From NCBI GenBank assembly GCA_031268175.1, contig JAIRXR010000011.1, forward strand, positions 27,908-91,907: a DNA stretch of 64,000 bases, in the 5' to 3' direction. A program made the position numbers and the translations under genes. Below are positions 1-8,728 of this stretch, in pieces (the first letter of the stretch is position 1; each line of letters starts with the position of its first letter). Under the pieces are notes generated by a model. The model made no database searches. It saw nothing but the letters and a program-made list of their open reading frames with translations, and was not told the DNA's origin. The DNA comes from Puniceicoccales bacterium. Its GTDB lineage: Bacteria; Verrucomicrobiota; Verrucomicrobiia; Opitutales; JAIRKQ01.

Positions 1-393
1 CGTGGAGCGGCACCCCTTCATCGTCCTCGCATAGCGAAACATCAAGACGTCCTGGCCGACACACGCCTTTTTCGCGTCGAATTCGCGAAATCCATTCGCC
101 AAAACCTCGTCGTCGCCATCCACGAACCACACGAATTCGCCGCTCACCTCTGCCAGACCGCGGTTTCGCGCCGCACCCGCTCCCATGTTCTTCGGCTGGC
201 GGATCAGCCGCAGCGTGGGAAATTTCTTCATCAGTTTTTCCACGGCCGCGGCAGTATTATCCGGCGAACCGTCGTCGACAACGACAACTTCGTTGCTCAT
301 ATCGCCCATCGCCTCGTAGAGCGACCTAACGCAGCGCCCTATCGTTTCTCCCGCATTGTAGGCGGGGATCACCACGCTGAGGAACGGGCTCAC
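1..393 (-). CDS. Glycosyltransferase family 2 (N-terminal part; gene runs off the window edge)
   Basis: Own minus-strand translation from GTG at 393 gives VSPFLSVVIPAYNAGETIGRCVRSLYEAMGDMSNEVVVVDDGSPDNT...LRLIRQPKNMGAGAARNRGLAEVSGEFVWFVDGDDEV. This shows the GT2 motifs (SVVIPxYN, DDGSxD, NxGxxxARN, DGDD). A GGGAGGG SD lies about 6 nt upstream. The ORF track omits it because it has no stop in the window. Confidence 0.8.
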   Translation of the reverse strand, partial: MSPFLSVVIPAYNAGETIGRCVRSLYEAMGDMSNEVVVVDDGSPDNTAAAVEKLMKKFPTLRLIRQPKNMGAGAARNRGLAEVSGEFVWFVDGDDEVLANGFREFDAKKACVGQDVLMFRYARTMKGCRST

Positions 394-554
394 CGGATTC
401 CCTCCCAGCCGTCGAGCTTCTAAAATCTTTAAACTACTAAATACATTTCCAAGTTCCATCAGTCCCTCCACCGGCCGGGAGTGTATCCCTCTTTCCCGTA
501 AAATCAACGATTTTTCGCATTAATTTTACTCGCATCGGTGATAATTCCAAAAGA

Positions 555-863
555 GTGCTCAGAGCAATTGCCATGGAAAATATAAGAACTTCGCCACTTG
601 AAGGCGTAGAATTTTTCCCAGAAGGATCCCGCTGCTATAGTTCTAGTTCCATCCAGCTAAAGCCTCCGGACGAGGCATTACAAAGCCTGCGGGATCAAGG
701 AATAGTTTTAGGAGCTAGACTTGACATTGATCCGGCAACGGGATTGGGAGAGAAAAATCTTTTCCTGCAGTTTAAATACGAAGATACAGGCAGAGTATGG
801 TCCTACCGCGTACGCAACTTCCGACAGCCTGAAATCGCAAAAATAGAAGTCGTGGAAGAATAG
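555..863 (+). CDS. Hypothetical protein (102 aa; alternative ATG at 573)
   Basis: ORF track only. It is AT-rich, has no recognisable motif and does not overlap a better gene. Confidence 0.35.
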   Translation: MLRAIAMENIRTSPLEGVEFFPEGSRCYSSSSIQLKPPDEALQSLRDQGIVLGARLDIDPATGLGEKNLFLQFKYEDTGRVWSYRVRNFRQPEIAKIEVVEE

Positions 864-948
864 CGTAGAGAGTTTTCCGTTTGCTAAATAGGTGCCCAAT
901 TACGCGATGGCAATCCAAGAAGTCGAATACGGCTGGTGGATTTTGCAC

Positions 949-1690
949 CTATTTATTCCGCCGCGTTCCAGGGGAGACACTGTGCCGCCTCAAAGCGCTC
1001 CTCGGAGCAGTGGACAAATCTTCAGACTTCAGTTCGCTAAATTTGCGGGAATTAACGCGCCTTAGCGTAACATTCCTTTTTTCCTCGTCGGAAAAATTAG
1101 TTATGATTATTTCCAGGTAAATTCCGTGTGAAGAGCCGTAAGACGTGTCTCCATAGCTTTTTTTAAACTCAGAAAGATCTTCCTCGGAAATAGATGTGCC
1201 CCAAGTGAGCTTCAAAGAGTCGCTCTTTTTAAGCTCAGAAATGTCCTCTTCGGAGATATAATTACGCTCAGGAAATGCCAGACAACTCAGCGCACAAAAC
1301 AAATTAAAGTGTTCCTCACTCTCCACAACATACCTGTGATTCATATATGATCCTATCACCACATTTCTAATCATGGAACGGATGAGAGCTCGGGTGAGAT
1401 ATTCGCGTTCGCTGTGGCTACCAGAAAGGTACTCGCCGTTCTCCGCGATAATTTTTTTGAAAACATCGGACTTCCGTACTTTTGCGGTCACACTGCGAGA
1501 AGATAAGTCCCTTTGCGGTATTTTTTTCAAGGTCAGTTTTCAGTTGTCCAATGCAATTATGGTATTCGTGTTCGTCCATTATTTGTCTACTCCACGCACA
1601 CTCAATGGCTTTCAGACGCTCCTTGACCTCCACGCTTATCCAAGGTTGTAGGCCTCGGGATACTCGGTAATAACACCAAAATCTGAACAA
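949..1690 (-). pseudogene. Hypothetical gene split by a frameshift in an A7 (T7 on + strand) homopolymer
   Basis: ORFs 1418..1690(-) and 949..1530(-) overlap in different frames. The upstream frame reads ...GQLKTDLEKNTAKG. The downstream frame starts at a TTG inside ctt gaa aaa aat acc. Deleting one A of the run at 1521..1527 joins them into ...KTDLEKIPQRDLSSRS..., about 246 aa. Confidence 0.4.
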
Positions 1691-1813
1691 TTACAACCGC
1701 ATCTGACGATATCACTCATGGTCCCCACTAGGGAAACACAAGCAAACATTTTTACAATAAAAATTGTTCAAAAAAGTAAAATTTTTACTCTAACTCTTCG
1801 ATGAAGATTGCGC

Positions 1814-2220
1814 TTATTTATGCCTATTGCAGCGAGCAATCACAGGAGAAAAATTGGTCGGTGTGACGACTAAAGACCGGGAAAAATAACACTCCACCAG
1901 CATTGAGGCATCGCCATTGACCCATGGTTTGATTACTCCATTTGATGAAAAAGCTAGATTTTTCATTGCAGGTGTTTCGCCACTGCCATCGCTGCCATGG
2001 GTCTTGCTTCCCAACCACTCGCAGAGAGCATCCTCGGGATATCGTATTATTCGCCTGATTTTAACGTAGGTGGCATGTCACCCTTTTCGTAGCGCCACTG
2101 GTTTAGACATTGCGCCGTTATTCCCATAACTTGTGCTGTCTCATCCTGGGAGAGAAGCTTTTGTTTATTGCTTATACCGCACACCGAAGGCCTAGAGCAA
2201 CGGCAGGATTTTATTATCAT
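1814..2220 (-). pseudogene. Excisionase/AlpA-type HTH gene, apparently frameshifted
   Basis: Own translation of 2220..2047 gives MIIKSCRCSRPSVCGISNKQKLLSQDETAQVMGITAQCLNQWRYEKGDMPPTLKSGE*. This has the HTH_17-like pattern 'LLSxxExAxxxGISxxxLxxW'. The expected continuation ...RRIIRYPEDALCEWLGSK... is present but shifted by one frame, and that frame runs on to 1814. Confidence 0.4.
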
Positions 2221-2249
2221 CCTGGATTTTTATCAGAACAATTTCCTAG

Positions 2250-2278
2250 TTGACAAAAGAAGAAAAAAATGCTAGAAT
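2250..2278 (+). promoter_or_regulatory. Sigma70-type promoter for the Josephin-like ORF
   Basis: TTGACA (2250-2255), a 17-nt spacer and TAGAAT (2273-2278). A GGGAGGGG SD and the GTG/ATG start at 2291/2294 follow. Confidence 0.6.
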
Positions 2279-2290
2279 ACGGCGGGAGGG

Positions 2291-5200
2291 GTGATGGAGA
2301 ATGACATTTTGAATGGAGGTAAGTTTTTTTCCGAAGCGAAAGCTTTATGCGAAAAAGAGGGAACTAACAACTCCGCAACATTCGATATCAGCAATAAAAG
2401 TTGTACGCTGAGTGTTTCAAAAATAGGAGGATTTGCGACAGCGAAATTGGAAGATAGAAATTGCACCGCGTTTAAGGAAACGCTAGATGCGGGCAAGGAT
2501 GCTTGGCAACCTATTTTGGAAAGTCATAGGCCCGATAACAAGGGAAACCCCAAGGAAGGTGCGAGCGATCTTGTGGAATCTGAGGCAAACTCTAAGCACA
2601 GTGAAATTTCCGAAGAAGGTGCGGGAAATATAAACGCACAAGAGGGTATTGACACGTGCTCTACTTTGAAAGAAGGAGCTAGCGTAAGTCTTGTGCGCAA
2701 GCCTTCAGATGGATCATTTCAGCTCATTGACCCAAATTCAGAGGTCCATAAGCATAGAATGGAGAAACCTATCGCGCCTTTCGCCAGAGGAAATAACTCT
2801 GCTCTGTGGATAGGGAAAAATGTTTGCCGTCGACACCTAAATGCCGAACTTTTCAAGAGAAAAAATCAATTTTTGCTAGGGGATAAATTTTTTGCAAAGG
2901 GAACTTTGGATCAAAAGTGGCGCACGAATGGTAGTGAAGTTGAAAAAACAGAGAACGCCTCCGAAAAAAAAGAATTGCACGACAAAATGGAGAATTTATG
3001 GCCTGGTACGAATTTTGCAGAATATGTGTTTGGTCAATATTCAGAAACTGAATCAGATATAAGGTACAACACAATTAGTGAAAAAGGTCGCAGACTTTTG
3101 GGAAATATCATTTCGGAAACTGAAAATTTGGAAAATGAACTGAAAAAATTGAACGACAAAAAAGAAGCATTATCATACGAAGAAGATGCTCGGAAAAAAC
3201 AGCTGGAAGACGGAATTACCAGTCTTAAAGTCATAGCTGGAAGCCATGGCAACACCTGTTCTGAAACGCTTACAATTCTTCTGCTACAAATGGCAGACAC
3301 TATTGATACGACGAATAATGTAACTCTTGCTCCAGATGGAATAGCGAACAAAATTTTAACGCAATATCGGACTAAACTTAGTAAAGAAGTAATAGATCCT
3401 CTAACAGGAACTCTACTTAACAGAAACCTTTCTGCTTTTATAGCAGGAGAAGTTGAATTTAAATTTGGCAGTGCGCCTTATATGAAAAGATTTAGAGAAG
3501 AATACGCTTTAGGTCTCAAATCCTTCATGGGAAAATTTTTAGGCTTGGATAATAGTCACGGCGTGATAGGAGATGTGAGCAGTGGTAGTATTTTGCTTAA
3601 GGAACCACTTGGTGATGTTGCAGAAAACGTAAGGTTGCTTCCAGAAAAAGAAGGTGGAAATTCCATTACTTCCGAGGCGGAAAATGTTTTTGATACGCTC
3701 AGCGAAGAAGCGTTCGACGAAACGATGAGTGAATTTTTAATGGCTCCAGTCACATTCGAGGAATTTTGCGCTATTCGTAGAAGCTCTGTTAAAGACCTTA
3801 GAGCTAGTTTTGCCGAAGCTATAACCAAAAGCAGCGATAGCAATGATCCGGGTGATAAGGCTGCTCTCGTGCTGCTGCGCTACTGGACGGACGGATTCGC
3901 TGCAGATATGTCCAGCCTCGGTGGAATTGACAAGCTCGAAAAAGAATTGCAGACGTCCATAAAAGAGAAAGAGCTAGAAATAGATAAATCGCAAAAAAAG
4001 ATCGATTCAAATATCTCTGTAGAAGGAGTGAACGCAAGAGATGCCGCCAAAAAGAATTTGCAGCTGCTGAAATACGCCGTAGATGCTCTTGAAAATCTAA
4101 AAAATCATACCAATGCAACTTCCCAAGAATTACAAAAAGAAGGCACAGCGGTCCCATTGGGCTTGATTCGTGAAATTTTGATTGGATTGGATAATTTCGA
4201 CCTCATTCCGGAATTTGCTAAAACAAGCAAAGAACAACGTAAAGTTATGGCAGAGTTGTACTTCCCGGCATACCTATATTCCACCGGGGCATTGATTCTC
4301 AAAAACAATGTGCAAATACCCGAAGAAAATCCTGCACTACCAAATCCATTTCCAAAAAGCTCAGACAAAAAGCTAAAGAAAAGAGAAAAAAATAAAGAAA
4401 TAGAAGCCTGGTACACTCCGGAAAATTTTACCTTAACTCCACAAAACGAAGAAGACCTATACTTCGAACGGCAAATAAATTCCATAAAAACTTGTGGAAT
4501 ACACGCTTTGAACCATTACGTTGGATACTCCGCTTTTGGAGCTGAGGATATGCGTATAAACCATGTGCTGTACCAGATAGCAACATCCCAAGATCAATTT
4601 AAGAATTGGGAGGATGATTTAAAAGAACTGTTGAATGATTTAAAAGGAAAAAAAATCGATCTCATAACGGCTGAAAATTGGATTAGCAAAGATGAGCAAA
4701 TTAGTACCCTCACCGAAAACATCGACGGCCTAATCGAAGATAGCGATGAAATTCATCAGGCTGTCTCGGAAATAGCCGAGCAAAGCGGACAAATTTTAAA
4801 CGGTGAAAAAACCAACAATCTCCCGGAAAAAGCGAAAATTATTTGCAACTATCTCGATAAAATTTCAAAGCTTACTATTCCAAGTGATGATCGATCCGAC
4901 CTAGAAAAGCAGATAGAAGGAATAAAACTGAAAATTTTACAAAAAATTGAAATATTTGACCCCCGCAAAGGTGCCCACGCAAGGGAGGTACAGAAGGCAA
5001 TTGAAGACAGATTTGAAGTAAAACTGCACTCCGAAAGTGGTAAGGGGGAAGACTTATCGGCTGGTAAAAAAGATGGCCCCTCCGACAATTCTGACTTCTC
5101 CAAAGCCATATCAGAAAACAAACTACCAAATGGCGTTGATCGGATGATTGTTGACATCGGTGACCATTTCACATGCCTTCGCAAACTGCCGGATGGGCAG

Positions 5201-5362
5201 TGGATTTTGTTGAATTCACTCGAAGCCGAACCAACTAAAGTGAGTAACATCAAGGATTATCTTAGCGGAATGGAGCGCTACGAAGTGCTATACTGTGAAT
5301 CTAGCGACGATCAGCAAAAAATTAATGCAGCCACTAACGCCACCATTGCCGAGCCCGCATAA
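2291..5362 (+). CDS. Large candidate effector protein with a C-terminal Josephin (MJD)-like cysteine protease domain
   Basis: A 1023-aa ORF with its own promoter and SD. The C-terminus carries ...FERQINSIKTCGIHALNHYVG... and ...GDHFTCLRKLPDGQWILLNSLEAEP..., which match the Cys box and the His/Asn box of the ataxin-3 Josephin domain. The remainder is E/K-rich and probably coiled-coil. Confidence 0.85.
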   Translation: MMENDILNGGKFFSEAKALCEKEGTNNSATFDISNKSCTLSVSKIGGFATAKLEDRNCTAFKETLDAGKDAWQPILESHRPDNKGNPKEGASDLVESEANSKHSEISEEGAGNINAQEGIDTCSTLKEGASVSLVRKPSDGSFQLIDPNSEVHKHRMEKPIAPFARGNNSALWIGKNVCRRHLNAELFKRKNQFLLGDKFFAKGTLDQKWRTNGSEVEKTENASEKKELHDKMENLWPGTNFAEYVFGQYSETESDIRYNTISEKGRRLLGNIISETENLENELKKLNDKKEALSYEEDARKKQLEDGITSLKVIAGSHGNTCSETLTILLLQMADTIDTTNNVTLAPDGIANKILTQYRTKLSKEVIDPLTGTLLNRNLSAFIAGEVEFKFGSAPYMKRFREEYALGLKSFMGKFLGLDNSHGVIGDVSSGSILLKEPLGDVAENVRLLPEKEGGNSITSEAENVFDTLSEEAFDETMSEFLMAPVTFEEFCAIRRSSVKDLRASFAEAITKSSDSNDPGDKAALVLLRYWTDGFAADMSSLGGIDKLEKELQTSIKEKELEIDKSQKKIDSNISVEGVNARDAAKKNLQLLKYAVDALENLKNHTNATSQELQKEGTAVPLGLIREILIGLDNFDLIPEFAKTSKEQRKVMAELYFPAYLYSTGALILKNNVQIPEENPALPNPFPKSSDKKLKKREKNKEIEAWYTPENFTLTPQNEEDLYFERQINSIKTCGIHALNHYVGYSAFGAEDMRINHVLYQIATSQDQFKNWEDDLKELLNDLKGKKIDLITAENWISKDEQISTLTENIDGLIEDSDEIHQAVSEIAEQSGQILNGEKTNNLPEKAKIICNYLDKISKLTIPSDDRSDLEKQIEGIKLKILQKIEIFDPRKGAHAREVQKAIEDRFEVKLHSESGKGEDLSAGKKDGPSDNSDFSKAISENKLPNGVDRMIVDIGDHFTCLRKLPDGQWILLNSLEAEPTKVSNIKDYLSGMERYEVLYCESSDDQQKINAATNATIAEPA

Positions 5363-5697
5363 GCCGGGAATATCACACAGGGACACCTGATTCGCTTCTC
5401 ATATTTTTACGGACGTCCAGGGTTTTTGCATGGTTCTTTAATTCCAATGCTTTGGCTCTATGGCGATGATTTTTAATCACCGATGCTGCCCCGTGGCGAA
5501 TGTTTTCAGATGTCCACTTGGACGGAGCCAGTATCACCGCAGATAGAAGCTTTTTCAAATATTCGTGCCCCATCGGCGGAGGATCGAAAAAATTCCAACG
5601 GCATGGAATCCAAATCGATCCACGATTCGACTTTTTCTTTTAACGCAAAGAAATGATATGCATTGACAAAATTCGCCTTTTCTTTTGACGTAGAGAA

Positions 5698-7485
5698 ATG
5701 ATACATATTGACAAAAATTTGCAAATTTTTACAATGGGGGCGGGAGAAGTAGATGTTAATTTACCATCTGTCACCGCTTGCAGTGAAAAATTTGATGGCC
5801 ACACACTGGCAGCTGAAAAATCTAAGCTCATCCAGACGCAATCACAAGTTACCGACGACGCACTAGGGACGCACCTCATGGTCGCGGCCCATGATTCTCC
5901 GGCAAACTTCTTCCCATCGGCGCCATCGCAACACACGAATTCAACGGCGGAGCAAATTACTTTGCCAGCGGCGGAAATCACCGCAGTGACCGGCGCAATT
6001 CCACGTCCTACGGAAGATCTGGGAAGGACCACGTTGGCCGTGACGGAAACTCCCGAGCGTGAAAAAGAAGATGCGCGCCAGCAGATTGTGGAGGGATTTC
6101 TCAAACTGAGACTCACCGACGATAAATCGAAGATTACCAAACTCCAACAGTTAATCGAAAAATTATGGGTCAAATCACCGCAAATGCTCGAACGAATTCT
6201 GAATAACTGCAAATGGTTATCTGGCAAGGCGCAGGATGATTTCATCTATGACGTCGCAGTGACAAGCATGGAAATGGAATTGGCCGATATTTTTGAGAAT
6301 GAAGCCAACGCATTTAGTGGAAGGCTGGAACCTGGACCAGCGATTGCAATAAACCACCCGCACAAATACAAACTATTTGCCGGCGCAGGTGACAGTGTGG
6401 TAAAAAACATGCAAGAAAGATTTAACGAATGGCTGAACACAAACAAAAATGCGCTCTTTGAAACTAGTTTTCCCAATACTACTCCCCAAAAGGAGTACCA
6501 AGACATGATAGGTAACTGGGTGACATCTGCATGGCTTTATCCGATCAGAAAAGCCGTAGAAAATAATGTGCTCGCACATCGCGTGATGCAGCGTCAATAT
6601 TATGAGGAGTATTTGAAAGAATGTCAAAATGCGGATAGGGCGTACTCTAAAGAACAGATAAACGAAGACCTACAATATGAGAAAGAATGCGTGGCAAAAG
6701 CTGGGAAGTTATTGGCGGTAAGTTATTCCCTTACTCAAATGGTGTACCGGCACATGGAAACACCTAGCTATGTCGAAGGATCGCCGCCAACGGTGCTGGC
6801 CGTTCGCAAAGTAAAGAAATGTGCACTGGACAAAATGGTCGGTAAAGCTCCTGCGCAAATCGATAACAACACGAGAAATAAGAAGTGGGAATGTTATTAC
6901 AATGCGGAAAATGCCAATCCTGCTGAATCGTGGGGCCAATTGGGCATCGCACTGTATCATGCCGGTGCCAATTGCGCAACAGGAACTAATGCGGCAATTT
7001 ATGGCGAAATTCCGGTGTATGAGCTGCTTTTGTCATGCTATGGTTCCCTTTTGGGACACGCGAGCGGAAGCCTAAAGGAAATTGTGCGAATACCATTTTC
7101 CGATGTTAAAGTCATCGCGGAAACTCTGCTTAATGAGTCAGCCTATTTGAAAAATATAGTACTCAAAACCATTGAAGCCCAGTATGGAAGTGATAATGAG
7201 ACATTGAAAGAAGCCAAAGCCATTGAAGCCCAGTATACAAGGAGGGATAATGAAGCTGAGAACTATGTAGATCCCATCGTGGAAGACTACGAGCCATCGC
7301 AATTTGAAGAATTTAAATTTGACTTCGCCCCCACTAGCGCTGGCATGTCATCGCACAACGAAGGCCCGTCGTTCAGTTTCGCGAAATTTGAAGAATTTAA
7401 ATTTGACTTCGCCCCAACTAGCGCTGGCATGTCATCGCACGACGAAGGCTCGTCGGGCAGTTTCGCGAAAATTGATGGAAACTAG
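5698..7485 (+). CDS. Hypothetical protein (595 aa) with a duplicated 28-aa C-terminal repeat
   Basis: Long ORF in the AT-rich block with no recognisable domain. The start is uncertain. The in-frame ATG at 5734 overlaps a TTGACA-N16-TACAAT promoter-like element, and the next in-frame ATG is at 5878. Confidence 0.7.
   Translation: MIHIDKNLQIFTMGAGEVDVNLPSVTACSEKFDGHTLAAEKSKLIQTQSQVTDDALGTHLMVAAHDSPANFFPSAPSQHTNSTAEQITLPAAEITAVTGAIPRPTEDLGRTTLAVTETPEREKEDARQQIVEGFLKLRLTDDKSKITKLQQLIEKLWVKSPQMLERILNNCKWLSGKAQDDFIYDVAVTSMEMELADIFENEANAFSGRLEPGPAIAINHPHKYKLFAGAGDSVVKNMQERFNEWLNTNKNALFETSFPNTTPQKEYQDMIGNWVTSAWLYPIRKAVENNVLAHRVMQRQYYEEYLKECQNADRAYSKEQINEDLQYEKECVAKAGKLLAVSYSLTQMVYRHMETPSYVEGSPPTVLAVRKVKKCALDKMVGKAPAQIDNNTRNKKWECYYNAENANPAESWGQLGIALYHAGANCATGTNAAIYGEIPVYELLLSCYGSLLGHASGSLKEIVRIPFSDVKVIAETLLNESAYLKNIVLKTIEAQYGSDNETLKEAKAIEAQYTRRDNEAENYVDPIVEDYEPSQFEEFKFDFAPTSAGMSSHNEGPSFSFAKFEEFKFDFAPTSAGMSSHDEGSSGSFAKIDGN
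7303..7470 (+). repeat. Perfect-phase 84-bp tandem duplication (2 copies) inside a CDS
   Basis: 7303-7386 and 7387-7470 encode FEEFKFDFAPTSAGMSSH(N/D)EG(P/S)S(F/G)SFAK. Only a few substitutions separate the copies. Confidence 0.95.
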
Positions 7486-7503
7486 AAAGGACAGTGGAAC
7501 GCT

Positions 7504-7914
7504 ATGGAAGTTGACTGTGGAATTAAAATTTTAGGAGCAAAATATGCATGGATTGACAGACAGACTCCAAGCGTTGAGCTGGATTTGGAATTTGATGCAA
7601 CTGCACCACAGCGAATCAGTGCCTTTATAGAGGAGGTTGGTCCTGTGCCATTTAGCCATGGCCTTGTGCAACTTCGCGGAAAATCGATGGCAGATTCGAA
7701 ATTGCTGGCTCAGCATCTGAGTCAAAAATTCATTCCCGGATATCCAAGTTTGCGCGTGCCACGCATGACCAACAGCCCGAAAATTGTCAAAATTGTCAAT
7801 CACCTCTTCGATGCCGGAAATTATCTCAACGGACAGCGCTTTGAGGAAGGAAAATCTTTACCAGAGGACTTGCTTGACAAACCGACGGATCACAGTGAAC
7901 AAGGCGAAATGTGA
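7504..7914 (+). CDS. Hypothetical protein (136 aa)
   Basis: ORF track. It starts 19 nt after the 595-aa ORF on the same strand. No motif recognised. Confidence 0.45.
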   Translation: MEVDCGIKILGAKYAWIDRQTPSVELDLEFDATAPQRISAFIEEVGPVPFSHGLVQLRGKSMADSKLLAQHLSQKFIPGYPSLRVPRMTNSPKIVKIVNHLFDAGNYLNGQRFEEGKSLPEDLLDKPTDHSEQGEM

Positions 7915-8089
7915 TTGCAGCGGCTTTCTACGCGAATTCCCTCCGCGTAGAAAGGAAACTTTTTCACAGAAAAATGGCAAAAGATCCGAATGCGCCAGAT
8001 AACGTAACATTTCTTTTTTGGGACGGGAACTTGGCAGCATAGAGGATATAAAGTGAGAGTTTGGCAGTGCAATCGGCCTAAGATACTCG

Positions 8090-8542
8090 GTGCGAGATTT
8101 GAACGACACATTCCTAGCAAATTTCGCACATGCCGTGTACAACGTGACACACAGGAGACGGCCAGAGAAACCAAATAAGCCATGCAGTGTAGAATACCTA
8201 AGACTAGATGATACTAGGGAGCAAAAGGATAGAAGGAATAAAAGTGAGTGTTGCTGCAGCCGGATGAAAGATGTTATGCGTGATGCGTCATTTGCTATGT
8301 CTTACAACTCACGACACGATGAAATCTACTTAGATAGTAGAGAAGGAGATGGCTTTCACTGGCATTTTGAATTTTGCCCATTCTGCGGGAAAGACATAGA
8401 AGGCAAAAGCGAGGTTTTAAGAAAAGTCATTGGTGAAGAATTCGGCATAAATACTGAACTCGACGACTTTGATTGGGATTTGTTAGATCAACTGCCACCA
8501 GAATTCCAAACCGACGAGTGGTGGAAGAAGCGGGGGCTATAA
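8090..8542 (+). CDS. Hypothetical small protein with a CxxC motif (probable shorter form starting at ATG 8264)
   Basis: ORF track. The sequence contains ...HWHFEFCPFCGKDIEG...LPPEFQTDEWWKKRGL. No family recognised. Confidence 0.4.
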   Translation: MRDLNDTFLANFAHAVYNVTHRRRPEKPNKPCSVEYLRLDDTREQKDRRNKSECCCSRMKDVMRDASFAMSYNSRHDEIYLDSREGDGFHWHFEFCPFCGKDIEGKSEVLRKVIGEEFGINTELDDFDWDLLDQLPPEFQTDEWWKKRGL

Positions 8543-8728
8543 GTGCTTCTAGCGAACTTACCATTTTCCAACGTCCCCACGGCAAACCCATCTCTCTGTT
8601 GCGTTTATTGCAAAAACAAAAACAATGTTTTGCAAAATTTTATTGATCTAAATAAAGTTTTTGCCATCAGCTTTGTTTGCGTAAAGAATCACGCAACTTT
8701 CTCTGGAAGAGAAATTATGGGCGGGCAT

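Noticed and set aside
5373-5724. Two overlapping minus-strand ORFs (66 and 72 aa) that could be joined by a shift at a T6 run into ...SMPLEFFDPPPMGHEYLKKLL...
   Set aside because: No family was recognised. The region also contains the duplicated TTGACA elements for the + strand 595-aa gene. The evidence is insufficient to call a gene or a pseudogene.
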